DNA of 64,000 nt from Patescibacteria group bacterium (GCA_041671645.1 JBAZBD010000001.1:607234-671233), one strand, 5' to 3'. Positions 8,672 through 17,966 are shown, counted from the first letter of the stretch. The notes: generated by a model from the letters alone, not told the origin. Translations and numbers: made by a program.

Positions 8672-9265
8672 TTATCTAGAGTAGTACTCAATAATTAGAC
8701 TTTCATTGATAGGTGTGTCAATTTCTTCACGGGCAGGTAGATGTCGGATGACAACTGTCATTTTCTTGGTATCAGTTTCTAGCCATGAAAGTGAGGTGCT
8801 GAGGGAAATTTCAGAATATGCTTCCTTTTTCTTTGGAGCGATAATGTCACCGATCTGAACCTGAATAGAAGGAGTATAGATAGGGTGACCGTTGAGAGTG
8901 AAAAGACCATGAGAAATGCACTGTCTTGCCTTCGAATGTGAAGGAGCAAATCCGGCGCGAAGAATGATATTGTCAACTCGAGTTTCGAGCAACTGCATCA
9001 AATTCTCAGTCTTGTTACCAATCATTTTCTCGGCTTTTACAACGTAGTTTTTGAATTGAGTTTCGTTGATATTATAAATGCGTTTGGCTTTCTGCTTCTC
9101 ACGAAGTTGTTTGCCATATTCACTCATTTTGCCTTTGAAACCCTGCCCAGAAGAGCCAGGAGCATAAGGACGCTTGACGATTGCACATTTGTTCGACAAA
9201 CATCTCTCACCTTTTAAGATGAGCTTAACTCCCTCACGACGGCATTTTTTGCAGGCTGTCTCCAT
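8672..9265 (-). CDS. rpsD: 30S ribosomal protein S4
   Basis: 197 aa. The N-terminal Cys cluster CKKCRREG...C..KC and the S4 domain (RLDNIILRAGFAPSHSKARQ) are present. Confidence 0.95.
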   Translation of the reverse strand: METACKKCRREGVKLILKGERCLSNKCAIVKRPYAPGSSGQGFKGKMSEYGKQLREKQKAKRIYNINETQFKNYVVKAEKMIGNKTENLMQLLETRVDNIILRAGFAPSHSKARQCISHGLFTLNGHPIYTPSIQVQIGDIIAPKKKEAYSEISLSTSLSWLETDTKKMTVVIRHLPAREEIDTPINESLIIEYYSR

Positions 9266-9292
9266 AAATATCTTCCAAAAACTTATTTACTA

Positions 9293-9703
9293 TTAAACTC
9301 TACGTGGCTTCTTCGCTCGGCAACCATTGTGCGCGAGAGGAGTAGTATCCTTGATTACAGAAGCTTCAATGTTGGCATTCGCCAAGGCTCTAACGGCAGC
9401 ATCACGACCAGGGCCAACTCCAGAAACGAATACATTCGCTTTGTGGAAGCCCCGAAGCTTTGCTTTTTCAAGAGCGTTCGCGATAGCAAGCTGAGCGGCA
9501 TAAGGAGTTGATTTCTTGGCTCCACGGAAACCCAAGGCTCCGGCGGTTGACCAAGCGATTACTCCACCATTTTCGTCTGTAACTGTAACGATGGTGTTGT
9601 TGAAGGTGGATTGGATATAAATGCTACCAGAATAAACCGGTGCCTTTTTCTTCGCTACCTTCTTGACTACTTTCTTATCTGCTTTTTTTGCTTCTTTTGG
9701 CAT
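9293..9703 (-). CDS. rpsK: 30S ribosomal protein S11
   Basis: 136 aa. IYIQSTFNNTIVTVTDENGGVIAWSTAGALGFRGAKKSTPYAAQ is a canonical uS11. Confidence 0.95.
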   Translation of the reverse strand: MPKEAKKADKKVVKKVAKKKAPVYSGSIYIQSTFNNTIVTVTDENGGVIAWSTAGALGFRGAKKSTPYAAQLAIANALEKAKLRGFHKANVFVSGVGPGRDAAVRALANANIEASVIKDTTPLAHNGCRAKKPRRV

Positions 9704-9721
9704 ATCAATATTTGTTCGTTA

Positions 9722-10105
9722 TTATTTCTTCTCTACTGCTCTTCGGCCAGAGCCCATAGTGACTTTCTTGCCACGTTTGGTACGAGCGTTGGTCTTGGTC
9801 TGTTGACCGCGAACTGGCAAGCCTTTGGCGTGACGAGTCCCTCTGTAGCTTGAAATTTCTTTCAATCGTTTGATGTTTTGGGCCACTTCAGAGCGAAGAT
9901 CACCTTCGACTTTGTAGCTTTTGCCAATGAATTGGCGAATATTTTCCAAATCTTGCTCAGTAACGTCTTTAACTCTAATATCAGGGCTAATTTTGAGCTC
10001 TTTCAGAATTTTCTGACTCAAAGGCAACCCGATACCGTACAGATATGTAAGGGCGATTTCGATTCTTTTTTCATTTGGAAGGTTGATACCACCGACTCGA
10101 GCCAT
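9722..10105 (-). CDS. rpsM: 30S ribosomal protein S13
   Basis: 127 aa. [26 protein letters not shown]...[15 protein letters not shown]. Confidence 0.95.
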   Translation of the reverse strand: MARVGGINLPNEKRIEIALTYLYGIGLPLSQKILKELKISPDIRVKDVTEQDLENIRQFIGKSYKVEGDLRSEVAQNIKRLKEISSYRGTRHAKGLPVRGQQTKTNARTKRGKKVTMGSGRRAVEKK

Positions 10106-10178
10106 TATTTGATTCCTTATTACTTTGACTTAACTTTATGAGCTTTATGGACTTTTGACTTTAGACTTGCGCTACGCG

Positions 10179-10325
10179 TTAGCCTTGTCTCTGTTTGTGC
10201 TTTGGATTCTCACATAAGATAAAAACCCGCTTCTTCGAGCTGATTCGGGAACATTTTCCCTTCTTGCTTCGGATAACGACTTTACACTTATCACAAATTT
10301 TCTTTACGGATGCCTGTACTTTCAT
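10179..10325 (-). CDS. rpmJ: 50S ribosomal protein L36 (zinc-ribbon type, with a small insertion)
   Basis: Not in the ORF track (under 60 aa). Hand translation gives [48 protein letters not shown] (48 aa). It lies between rpsM and infA as in the canonical spc/alpha cluster. Confidence 0.85.
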   Translation of the reverse strand: MKVQASVKKICDKCKVVIRSKKGKCSRISSKKRVFILCENPKHKQRQG

Positions 10326-10370
10326 AAATATATGGGATTACGTTTGAAAATAAAAAATTTCCCTTGTGCT

Positions 10371-10616
10371 TTATCTGCGAGGAGGCTGACCTTGTGAAAG
10401 GTTCAACCTTCTAGTGATCCGACCGCGCGACAGGTCATATGGGGTCAACTCCATGGTGACTGAGTCGCCAGTAGTGACCTGAATATGATTCTGTTTCATT
10501 CGCCCAGACAAATAACCTAGCACCGGATGACCAGTGTCGAGTAAGACCTTGTAACGTGAATCCGCTAGGACCTCGACTACTTTTCCGGCAACCTCAATAA
10601 TATCATCTTTTGACAT
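10371..10616 (-). CDS. infA: Translation initiation factor IF-1
   Basis: Start set at the internal ATG (MSKDDIIEVAGKVVEVL...). The S1-like OB fold (GHPVLGYLSGRMKQNHIQVTTGDSVTMELTPYDLSRGRI) is present. The track's longer form would begin at a TTG. Confidence 0.85.
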   Translation of the reverse strand: MSKDDIIEVAGKVVEVLADSRYKVLLDTGHPVLGYLSGRMKQNHIQVTTGDSVTMELTPYDLSRGRITRRLNLSQGQPPRR

Positions 10617-10689
10617 ATTTAATATGCTAAATTTAACATAAACCAAGCCTAAAGTCAACAACTGGTCGACTTGGGCGGAATAATCAAAT

Positions 10690-11460
10690 CTATACCTTCG
10701 TTATAATTACTGGTAAACCATTTTCTATAATAATTGTGTGCTCGAAATGGGCCGCTTTGCTGTGATCTGAAGTGACTACGGTCCAGCCATCGGGCCGAAC
10801 ATCCGTCTCGCCCCTCCCAAGCGTCAGCATAGGCTCGATCGCCAAGGCCATTCCTTCAGCGATAGTAATTCCTTCTCCTGCCTCGCCGTAATTCGGAATC
10901 TGAGGTGGTAAGTGGGGTTTTCGGCCAATTCCGTGACCAACGTAATCCCTGACGATGCCCAAATTATTCAGATTGGCGACTTTTTCGACTGCTTCACCGA
11001 TATGCCCGATCGTATTCCCTGACTTCGCCGCCTCGATCCCGCGATAGAGTGAATCTTCGGTAAATTTGAGAAGCTTGGCATCAGCATCGCTTATTTCGCC
11101 AACCGGCACAGTGACGGCCATGTCGGTATAGACACCGTTGTATCCAGCACCAAGATCGATGGAGACGAGATCGCCTTCCTTGAAAACCTTGGTCTTTAGT
11201 GGAATACCATGGACTACTTCTTCGTTCACGGAAATACACGTGCTTGCTGGAAAATTCCCGGCCCCATATACATAATAGTTGAGAAACGCTGGGGTCAACC
11301 CGGCCTGGTCAAAAAGTTTCAAAGCAAGAGTCTCGATTTTGTCGGCCGTGACGCCAGGCTTGATCTCGGCCTTGAGCTGATCAACAAGCAAGGCCAATTT
11401 GTGACCGTTAACCTTGAGATCTGCGATTTCTTCCTTGTTGAGAATATTATTCATGCGCAA
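10690..11460 (-). CDS. map: Methionine aminopeptidase type I
   Basis: 256 aa. The metal ligands fall in the conserved motifs (DLGAGYNGVYTDMAVT, HGIGR, AIEPM, FEHTIII). Confidence 0.95.
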   Translation of the reverse strand: MRMNNILNKEEIADLKVNGHKLALLVDQLKAEIKPGVTADKIETLALKLFDQAGLTPAFLNYYVYGAGNFPASTCISVNEEVVHGIPLKTKVFKEGDLVSIDLGAGYNGVYTDMAVTVPVGEISDADAKLLKFTEDSLYRGIEAAKSGNTIGHIGEAVEKVANLNNLGIVRDYVGHGIGRKPHLPPQIPNYGEAGEGITIAEGMALAIEPMLTLGRGETDVRPDGWTVVTSDHSKAAHFEHTIIIENGLPVIITKV

Positions 11461-12097
11461 TCATGGCAAGTTCAAGCGCGATAGCTTCTACGCTACGCTC
11501 GCCGTCAATCTCAAATAATTTTACATTTTCTTGGCGTAGATAATCGATGACTTCTTCCATTTTTGGAATATAGAAAGATAGTCTATTCTTGACGATTTCA
11601 GATTCATCATCAGCTCTGGTCTCGAGTATTGTGCCACATTTTGGGCAGTTACCCCGTACAGAGCTGTCATAAGTCCCGCCGCACTGCGTGCAGGTCAGTC
11701 TCCCGGCGATGCGAGCGAGTGAAGTTTCTGGCTTGATCTTAATATAGATGACAACTGGTCCAGCCCATTCAGGATTTTCTTTGATAAAATTCAGCAAGAA
11801 TTCGGCTTGGCCTCGACCAAAAGGAAAATTGTCTAGGATGATGGTGCCAGTTGCCTCGTGCAAATAATCGCTCAAAAGCTTGATAGCTACGTCGTCAGGC
11901 TGTGGCTCGCCACTGTCATATCTCTCCTTGACCGCTCTGGCATAGTCGGAATCTTCATTTCGGGCCATGTATTCTCTGATCAGCGTGCCAACACTGATAA
12001 ATAAATCCGCCCCAATTTCTTTCAAAAAGAGCTCGGCCTGTGTGCCTTTGCCCGATCCTGGTAATCCTAGAAATGAATATATTGTCTTCTTCGCCAT
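11447..12097 (-). CDS. adk: Adenylate kinase (zinc-binding LID)
   Basis: 216 aa. P-loop GLPGSGKGTQA. LID with CTQCGGTY...CPKCG. It overlaps the map start by 14 nt. Confidence 0.9.
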   Translation of the reverse strand: MAKKTIYSFLGLPGSGKGTQAELFLKEIGADLFISVGTLIREYMARNEDSDYARAVKERYDSGEPQPDDVAIKLLSDYLHEATGTIILDNFPFGRGQAEFLLNFIKENPEWAGPVVIYIKIKPETSLARIAGRLTCTQCGGTYDSSVRGNCPKCGTILETRADDESEIVKNRLSFYIPKMEEVIDYLRQENVKLFEIDGERSVEAIALELAMIAHE

Positions 12098-12112
12098 GTT
12101 TTTGCTTTTAGT

Positions 12113-13384
12113 TTAATATCGTTCGTAAGTATGCATGGTGATCTGAGATTGAACTTGTCGCATTGTTTCGATCACGACGGAGACCACGATCAATATGCCC
12201 GTGCCGCCCAGGACCAAGGTGGTTAGGTTGGTAAGAGATTGTATGATAAATGGCAAGACTGCGATCAGACCCAAGAAGAGTGCGCCAAAAAGAGTAATAC
12301 GATTGATGACTAACCCGAGATATTTCTTGGTTTCGGTGCCCGGACGAATGCCAGGGATGAAGCCACTCTGTTTCTGCAGGTTTTCGGCGATTTGCTCAGG
12401 CTTGAAAACTACGCTGGTGTAGAAATATGTGAAGATAATGACTAAAGCGAAATATAGTACGCCGTACCAAACTTCATTTGCGAGGAAGGAGTTCACGCCT
12501 TTGGCAAAGTTGGCCAGCCAAACTGATCTAGCGGTCTCTAAGTATTTGGCCATGAAACCAGGGATGACCAGGATGCTCATGGCAAAGATAATAGGAATCA
12601 CACCTGCGATATTGACCCTGATTGGCAGATGGCTTGAGTAGCCTCCAGATTGGCCATTACGCGATTTTCGGGCATAGGTAACAGGAATATTGCGCTGTCC
12701 TTCCTGAATCATAATAATGGCGGCGGTGATAAGTAGGAACACTACTAGAAATACGATCGCACCAATAATTTTGGAACTGTCCCCGCTTTGCAACAGCAAA
12801 GCAGTATCACGAACCTGAGAAGGTATGCCCGAGAGAATGCCAAGGGCGATAATCATCGAAGTTCCATTGCCTATCCCCTTTTCTGTGATCAACTCGCCAA
12901 TCCACATCAACAGCATTGAGCCGGCCGTGACGGAAATAAGCATGGTCAAGAGATCAAAAGGAGTCCAGGTCGGAATGATTCCCTGATTGCGAAGAAGGAC
13001 CAGCATTGAGTAAGCCTGAATGATCGCAAGTGGGACTGTGGCTAGTCTAGTGTATTGTGTGATCTTCTGACGTCCAGCTTCACCCTCTTTTTGGAGTTGC
13101 TCGACGGCAGGAAAAATCATACCGAGTAATTGAAATATAATAGATGCAGTAATGTATGGGCCAACACCCATCAGGATAATTGAAAAGTTGGCCATAGTAC
13201 CACCGGAAAACATGTTTAGGAAGCCAAACACCTGGTTTTGAGAGAAGAAAGTCTCTAATTGCTGAAGATTGACCCCAGGTAGCGGGACGTGAGCTAGGAT
13301 TCTGGTCAACAGCAAAAGTCCACCTGCTACCAGGATTTTGTTGCGTAAGTCTTTGTACTCCCAAAATTTCAGTAATTTATCCAT
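12113..13384 (-). CDS. secY: Preprotein translocase subunit SecY
   Basis: 423 aa polytopic membrane protein with SecY signature regions (GGTMANFSIILMGVGPYITASII, TEKGIGNGTSMII). Confidence 0.95.
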   Translation of the reverse strand: MDKLLKFWEYKDLRNKILVAGGLLLLTRILAHVPLPGVNLQQLETFFSQNQVFGFLNMFSGGTMANFSIILMGVGPYITASIIFQLLGMIFPAVEQLQKEGEAGRQKITQYTRLATVPLAIIQAYSMLVLLRNQGIIPTWTPFDLLTMLISVTAGSMLLMWIGELITEKGIGNGTSMIIALGILSGIPSQVRDTALLLQSGDSSKIIGAIVFLVVFLLITAAIIMIQEGQRNIPVTYARKSRNGQSGGYSSHLPIRVNIAGVIPIIFAMSILVIPGFMAKYLETARSVWLANFAKGVNSFLANEVWYGVLYFALVIIFTYFYTSVVFKPEQIAENLQKQSGFIPGIRPGTETKKYLGLVINRITLFGALFLGLIAVLPFIIQSLTNLTTLVLGGTGILIVVSVVIETMRQVQSQITMHTYERY

Positions 13385-13623
13385 GATTGAAGGATCTGTC
13401 TAATAACTACTCTCGAAACGAAAACGAGAATATTTCGAGCGAGAAGAAGGAAGTGTAAGGAAAGGTAGATATCTCTACCTTGACGAGCAGTTCGTTCTTT
13501 GCAGCCGGAATAGGCCGTTTGCAGTTATCAGATGTAGTTGTTCGATAGATTCTACGTTTACTATACATTAATTCTCAGAGTAAATCAACGATTATTTCGG
13601 CATATTTTGGATAAATTTTGAAA

Positions 13624-13662
13624 ATAAAAAGACCACCGATTTCGGTGATCTTGGTCTTTATC
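13624..13662. terminator. Hairpin terminator downstream of the YfiH-like gene
   Basis: AAAAAGACCA ccgatttcggtgatc TTGGTCTTT: a 7-8 bp stem with a nested CCGAtttCGG hairpin, T-rich after it. Confidence 0.45.
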
Positions 13663-14446
13663 TGGTGCGATGCAAAAATGCGCAATCGCGCGGTGAATAG
13701 GGGTGCTCCGGGTCTAACCCTTTGACCCGGCAATACTGATCGGACCCCCATCTGGTCGCTCCGCCTAATCGTGCGCAGAATGGACAATCGTGAGCATTCG
13801 GAATTCCGCAGTTGAAACGCAGGATTTGGTCGACACCATGATCGGCGAAAACCCACTCTATGGCGCTGGTGACATCATAGCCCTGAGTGTCCCAGACGGT
13901 CTTGCAAGCAAACCTGTCCAGATCCGTACCAGCTACAGCGCTAATGTCTGGTAGCTCGTAGTGCTTACCGCAGATAGCTGGCCCGATAAAGAGCGACGTT
14001 TCCTCCGGGGAGTCAGGCCATTTCTGCATGAAACTCTGGATCAAGCCTCCGAACAGTTCCGGCCGACCGACATGCATGAAGGCCATGTGGTCAAATCCCA
14101 TCACTACGATGCATGCGCAATCAGCAACCAAAGTCTCAAGGCTGATTCGCCACCAGCGTGGGAAAATGATCGAGTCACAATTGACCGTGGTATGAGAATT
14201 TGGCATCTCGTTTAGTACCAGGACTTGATTGTGCTCTTTGTGAGCGAGGGACATATGGACAATTGGTCCATAGGCCTTTCCAATTGTTTGCTCGATTGCG
14301 ATACGGGCCGCTACGGCAGTAGTATCTGGGTCTTGCACATTGCCTATCGGGAAATCACCTTGTTTCCCAGTTGAATGAAGGTAGGACAGATCCCACCCTT
14401 GCATCGTACGACTTGTCAAGTCGTCGCGTAAATCTGGCAGTGACAT
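13658..14446 (-). CDS. YfiH/PgeF/LACC1-family (DUF152, laccase-domain) protein, GC-rich
   Basis: 262 aa. ADCACIVVMGFDHMAFMHVGRPEL resembles the YfiH T-ADC-PVL...AAHAGWRG core, and IGPAICGKHYEL resembles IGPSI..ECYEV. RBS AAGGAGGG. GC is about 55%. Confidence 0.5.
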   Translation of the reverse strand: MSLPDLRDDLTSRTMQGWDLSYLHSTGKQGDFPIGNVQDPDTTAVAARIAIEQTIGKAYGPIVHMSLAHKEHNQVLVLNEMPNSHTTVNCDSIIFPRWWRISLETLVADCACIVVMGFDHMAFMHVGRPELFGGLIQSFMQKWPDSPEETSLFIGPAICGKHYELPDISAVAGTDLDRFACKTVWDTQGYDVTSAIEWVFADHGVDQILRFNCGIPNAHDCPFCARLGGATRWGSDQYCRVKGLDPEHPYSPRDCAFLHRTR

Positions 14447-14492
14447 TCATCTGCCCTCCTTGTTTTCCGATTGTTCAGACAAAAATTTCTGA

Positions 14493-14527
14493 ACTCAACA
14501 GCATAGCAAAAACCTCGCCCCTTGACA
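14493..14527 (-). promoter_or_regulatory. Sigma70-like promoter (TTGTCA-17-TATGCT) for the YfiH-like gene
   Basis: Minus-strand reading: TTGTCA aggggcgaggtttttgc TATGCT. Its -35 sits within CTTGACAAG at 14521-14529, shared with the divergent plus-strand promoter. Confidence 0.4.
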
Positions 14528-14550
14528 AGAGCAGAACTACATGATATACT
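14522..14550 (+). promoter_or_regulatory. Near-consensus sigma70 promoter (TTGACA-17-TATACT), distal promoter of a long leader
   Basis: TTGACA at 14522-14527, a 17-nt spacer, then TATACT at 14545-14550. There is no ORF for about 440 nt downstream until the ATG at 14995. Confidence 0.5.
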
Positions 14551-14748
14551 AGCAACACTTGATAGTTTTTGTACTAAGTATTAAGTGATTGACTAAGGTT
14601 CTGGTGCCAATTTTGCACTCTCTCCAATCTCAACCAAATTTATTGGCGTTTTATCGTCCAAGGGCTGAGCAACTTACAGAGAAATACAGTATCTAGTCAC
14701 AGCAAATTTGTACTATTTGTCTTTAATGACACGCTAATTTTACGCCCT

Positions 14749-14762
14749 CCGCCAGCTGGCGG
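14749..14762. repeat. Perfect palindrome CCGCCAGCTGGCGG (16 bp with flanks: TCCGCCAGCTGGCGGA), copy 1
   Basis: Exact 16-mer TCCGCCAGCTGGCGGA. The same sequence recurs at 28863-28878. Confidence 0.8.
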
Positions 14763-14867
14763 ATTGGGCAAGTCTATGATCCCCCGAATATTCTGACCAT
14801 ATAATTGGTCAATCGCCGGCACTCCGAGACAACAATAAAATTAGCTGTCATCACAGAACTTTGTATA

Positions 14868-14896
14868 TTGACTTATTTGTCATTTTGTACTATGAT
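14868..14896 (+). promoter_or_regulatory. Near-consensus sigma70 promoter (TTGACT-17-TATGAT), proximal promoter of the 14995 gene
   Basis: TTGACT at 14868-14873, a 17-nt spacer, then TATGAT at 14891-14896. About 90 nt upstream of GGAGG-ATG. Confidence 0.5.
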
Positions 14897-14994
14897 ATGC
14901 TATTCCTGTTAGAGAATATTGCTAACTATTTTTGTTGGTAATTTCTCCGATAGGAGGCTGACATGCTAGGCATGCAGTGATGAGGAGGTATCTT

Positions 14995-15468
14995 ATGAAG
15001 ATGCTCAATTACCTTACCGATCCGGTAAATAACATCGCCGAGTTTGGCGATAATTTGTCGGAGAAACCAGAGGATGCCGAGATCGCGGGCGTATTGCCTG
15101 AAGAACTTCGGACAATTGCCATACGCTTAGCCAATATGGCAGAAGTCGTCAAGGAGGCGCAATCCAGGATCGAGGACATAGAAGATCGCTCCACAATCCT
15201 TGAGGCAGTCGAGGAGATCAATACGCTTGCCATAATGCATAACGCAATCAACGATGCATTTTGGTCAGACGTCAGAGCCTCCAATAGCAATCTCACCGAC
15301 GACCTCGGCATATCCAAAGGCTGGAAAGTCTGGCAGCGCAAAGCGGCCAAATTGCCAGAATGCGATACCATCAATTGCGCAGATTGCCTTGCGAGCATTA
15401 TCTGCCCGATCCGGGGTCGCTCTGATGGCTCCAAAATCATTCACGTAGGCATCCGCGTGATCCGTTAA
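14995..15468 (+). CDS. Hypothetical protein (start refined to the RBS-supported ATG)
   Basis: 157 aa. GGAGG lies 6 nt before the ATG at 14995 (MKMLNYLTD...). The track's GTG at 14977 was rejected. The C-terminus has a Cys cluster ECDTINCADCLASIICP. No family was recognised. GC is moderately high. Confidence 0.55.
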   Translation: MKMLNYLTDPVNNIAEFGDNLSEKPEDAEIAGVLPEELRTIAIRLANMAEVVKEAQSRIEDIEDRSTILEAVEEINTLAIMHNAINDAFWSDVRASNSNLTDDLGISKGWKVWQRKAAKLPECDTINCADCLASIICPIRGRSDGSKIIHVGIRVIR

Positions 15469-15477
15469 ACATTTCGA

Positions 15478-15530
15478 AAGACCATCAATTTCAAGACTTT
15501 ACATCTTGATCGGTGGTCTTTTCGCCTTTT
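15478..15530 (+). terminator. Putative terminator after the 14995..15468 gene
   Basis: ACCATCAA ..loop.. TTGATCGGT stem followed by CTTTTCGCCTTTT. Confidence 0.35.
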
Positions 15531-15686
15531 ATGACACAAAAAAGCCGATCGTGACAGTCATTGACTTCCGGTCAGAATGGAGTAAAGTTAAATCATTAGG
15601 TACGGTTTTCAGAAGGATAATATCTTTTCGAAATCCTATCTGGGAGAGTCGTAGCATACGGGCTCTCTCTTTTTCTATCCAAATTC

Positions 15687-15851
15687 TTATTGCTTGTCGT
15701 ACTTTTCGACAAATGCCTTGACCGCTTCAATATTTTCGAGAACTAATTTTGCTTTTTTCACACCAAACTGAAAAGGATATTGATCTTCTTCATTGTTCTT
15801 CAATACGATCATTTTGTTACCCTTGAACTCGGACTCTTCGACAATAGACAT
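15687..15851 (-). CDS. Hypothetical small protein (54 aa)
   Basis: Not in the track. GGAGGAG RBS 5 nt before the ATG. Translates to MSIVEESEFKGNKMIVLKNNEEDQYPFQFGVKKAKLVLENIEAVKAFVEKYDKQ. It lies directly downstream of the YkgJ-like gene. Confidence 0.4.
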   Translation of the reverse strand: MSIVEESEFKGNKMIVLKNNEEDQYPFQFGVKKAKLVLENIEAVKAFVEKYDKQ

Positions 15852-15923
15852 AAATCTCCTCCAACTAGTTTTTAATATATCGATATTCTACCAAAGCTTC
15901 GATCATTTGGTAAGGGCAAAACG

Positions 15924-16253
15924 TCATTCTGCTATCTCGGCCTTGGATCGTTGAATCAGTTCTATCATCTTGCCATATCGCTGGTCGTCCGATTTGCAGA
16001 AGAATTCTCGACACACCTTCGGCCTGTCGGTGTGGATGCTACAATTATCATTTTCCAGGTATATACAGCCGCCATCATCATTCTTGGCTAGGAGATTGGC
16101 GCCGCATCCGCTTGCCAATTCAAAATCTTCAATGAGATCTATGTCACCAAAAAAGAGCTGGAATTTCCCAGAGCGGTACTCCTGTTCGTCGAGATTGATA
16201 AGGAAATGCTTGCAACAGATGCCGCATCGATCACATGTGTGTTTGTCGCTCAT
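15924..16253 (-). CDS. YkgJ-family CxxCxxCC putative zinc/iron-chelating protein (UPF0153)
   Basis: 109 aa. The N-terminal CDRCGICC is the hallmark of PF03692. Additional Cys at GGCIYL, NCSIH and VCREFFC. Confidence 0.6.
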   Translation of the reverse strand: MSDKHTCDRCGICCKHFLINLDEQEYRSGKFQLFFGDIDLIEDFELASGCGANLLAKNDDGGCIYLENDNCSIHTDRPKVCREFFCKSDDQRYGKMIELIQRSKAEIAE

Positions 16254-16281
16254 GAGGAAGCTTGATTTAAATTAGTACTCG

Positions 16282-17736
16282 TTAAACTTTGCCAAGATCA
16301 ATGTACTCGTCAAACCTGATCTGACTAACAAAATCTGGCATATGGCTGACCATAATCATGGCGCCCTTGTATTGATCGATTGCTTTCGCGATAACTGGAA
16401 GGTGTCTAAAGTTTATGTGGTTGGTCGGCTCGTCCATAATGAGCAGTCCCGGCTCCATCAATACCAATCTGGCGAAGGAGAGGAGGCCTTTTTGGCCTTC
16501 GGAGAGCTCACTAACCTTGTGGCCCATCAATCCGCCGCCGATTAGAAACCCGGCTGCTATCGAGCGCATTGTCTGAATATCCGTGTCCCCCATTTTGGCG
16601 CTGGCGAGAGAATCAAATACCGTCTGTTCGAAATCTAGATTCGAAAAATCCTGGCTGTAATAGCCTATACGTACCCCCTCTAATATTTCTGCTTTTGTAT
16701 TTTGGCCAGAGACTAGAGATCGGAGGAAGGTGCTTTTGCCGATCCCGTTTGGACCGGTCACGATACAGTGCATCCTTTTGCGGATTATCTTATCTACCTT
16801 GAGAGTGTGAACTTCATGGTCGCGAAAGGCTGATAATTCTGTGATTTTGACAATATCGCCGACAATTTCTTGCATCGGGATATCGAACTCTCTAATGGTT
16901 CTGTCCTCGTGCCTGACGTCGATAATGTCTTCTTCCATCTCGGCGGCTTCATCCTTCAGCTTTTTGGCCAACTGGCGCATCTTGCCGCCCTTGTTTGAGA
17001 AGAAGTTTACCTTCTCTTTGCGATCGATGATTGCGCGTCGAAGCTGGGCGTTTTTGCGCTCTTCACTCTCGACTCGCCTCTTGATCTCTTCGACAACTGA
17101 GTAATAGTCGCCAAGGTAATATTCAATCTTGTGTGTAAAATTGTTGAGATAGATGACACCTTCGGTGAAGCAGTTTAGGAAGTCCGCATCATGTGAGATC
17201 ACAATTACGGTTTTCTGATACATAATCAGAAATTCGATTAGGTGATCGATGCCAGACTGATCGAGATTGTTGGTCGGTTCATCGAGCAAGAGAATATCGG
17301 AGTTCTGAATCAAGGCGAAAGCAAGCAAAAGCCTAGCCTGTTGGCCGCCAGACAAATCTCCGACCAAACGATCGGTAGGAACGCTCAAATTAACCACCTC
17401 CATCGCTTTGTGGACCTTGCTGATTAGATCATTTGATTGAGTGGCGAAGGCCATCGCAAAGTATTCCAGGATTGTCTTTGTGAGATCCTGGCGATTCACG
17501 ACCTGCTTGGCCGTAGCGATGGTGATGTCTTTGGCGATGTTGATTTGGCCCTTCTTTGGCTTGAGCTCACCGGTAATCATGTTGAAGAGCGAGCTTTTGC
17601 CAGCGCCGTTTTGGCCCATCAAGGTAATTTTGGAATTTCTGCGCACAGAAAAGCTAGCCTCATCCAGAAGCGGCTTGTCGTGCTGATATTCAAAGGAAAC
17701 TTCGTCAAATCTAAGGATTACTTCTTCATTCATATT
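16282..17736 (-). CDS. ABC-F family ATPase (two tandem ABC domains, no TMD)
   Basis: Start set at the internal ATG (MNEEVILRFDEV...). Walker A GQNGAGKSS and signature LSGGQQARL in domain 1, GPNGIGKST and LSEGQKGLL in domain 2. A charged inter-domain linker and the absence of a membrane domain fit ABC-F. Confidence 0.85.
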   Translation of the reverse strand, partial: NMNEEVILRFDEVSFEYQHDKPLLDEASFSVRRNSKITLMGQNGAGKSSLFNMITGELKPKKGQINIAKDITIATAKQVVNRQDLTKTILEYFAMAFATQSNDLISKVHKAMEVVNLSVPTDRLVGDLSGGQQARLLLAFALIQNSDILLLDEPTNNLDQSGIDHLIEFLIMYQKTVIVISHDADFLNCFTEGVIYLNNFTHKIEYYLGDYYSVVEEIKRRVESEERKNAQLRRAIIDRKEKVNFFSNKGGKMRQLAKKLKDEAAEMEEDIIDVRHEDRTIREFDIPMQEIVGDIVKITELSAFRDHEVHTLKVDKIIRKRMHCIVTGPNGIGKSTFLRSLVSGQNTKAEILEGVRIGYYSQDFSNLDFEQTVFDSLASAKMGDTDIQTMRSIAAGFLIGGGLMGHKVSELSEGQKGLLSFARLVLMEPGLLIMDEPTNHINFRHLPVIAKAIDQYKGAMIMVSHMPDFVSQIRFDEYIDLGKV

Positions 17737-17852
17737 TTGGCCCAAAAATAAAAGGGCGCGATTAACGCCGATGACAATAGTATAACATATTTTATTCAAA
17801 AACACACTCCGCCAGCCGTTGTTGGCGAAATTAAAAACTCAGAGCAAAAAGG

Positions 17853-17942
17853 CTAGCTTCGAGTCAGTGGTCCTAGACCCTTTTGCTTCTTGTTTTTCTT
17901 TGGTTTCTTGACCTCTTTTTTGGCATTTTGATCCTTGCCCAT
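17853..17942 (-). CDS. Possible 29-aa lysine-rich peptide
   Basis: GGAGGG RBS 5 nt before the ATG. MGKDQNAKKEVKKPKKNKKQKGLGPLTRS. It starts 24 nt after the stop of the preceding gene. This is speculative. Confidence 0.2.
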   Translation of the reverse strand: MGKDQNAKKEVKKPKKNKKQKGLGPLTRS

Positions 17943-17966
17943 ATACCCTCCACAAATATTATAAAA

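Noticed and set aside
10617-10661. Longer infA form starting at TTG (MLTLGLVYVKFSILN)
   Set aside because: IF-1 universally starts near MSKDD/AKED, and the extension has no homology support.
13575-13856. 93-aa ORF overlapping the 3' end of the YfiH-like gene
   Set aside because: It overlaps a better-supported gene in another frame and spans a terminator hairpin.
15506-15721. 71-aa plus-strand ORF after the 14995 gene
   Set aside because: It begins inside the terminator hairpin, has no RBS, and overlaps the better-supported minus-strand 54-aa ORF region. Probably spurious.
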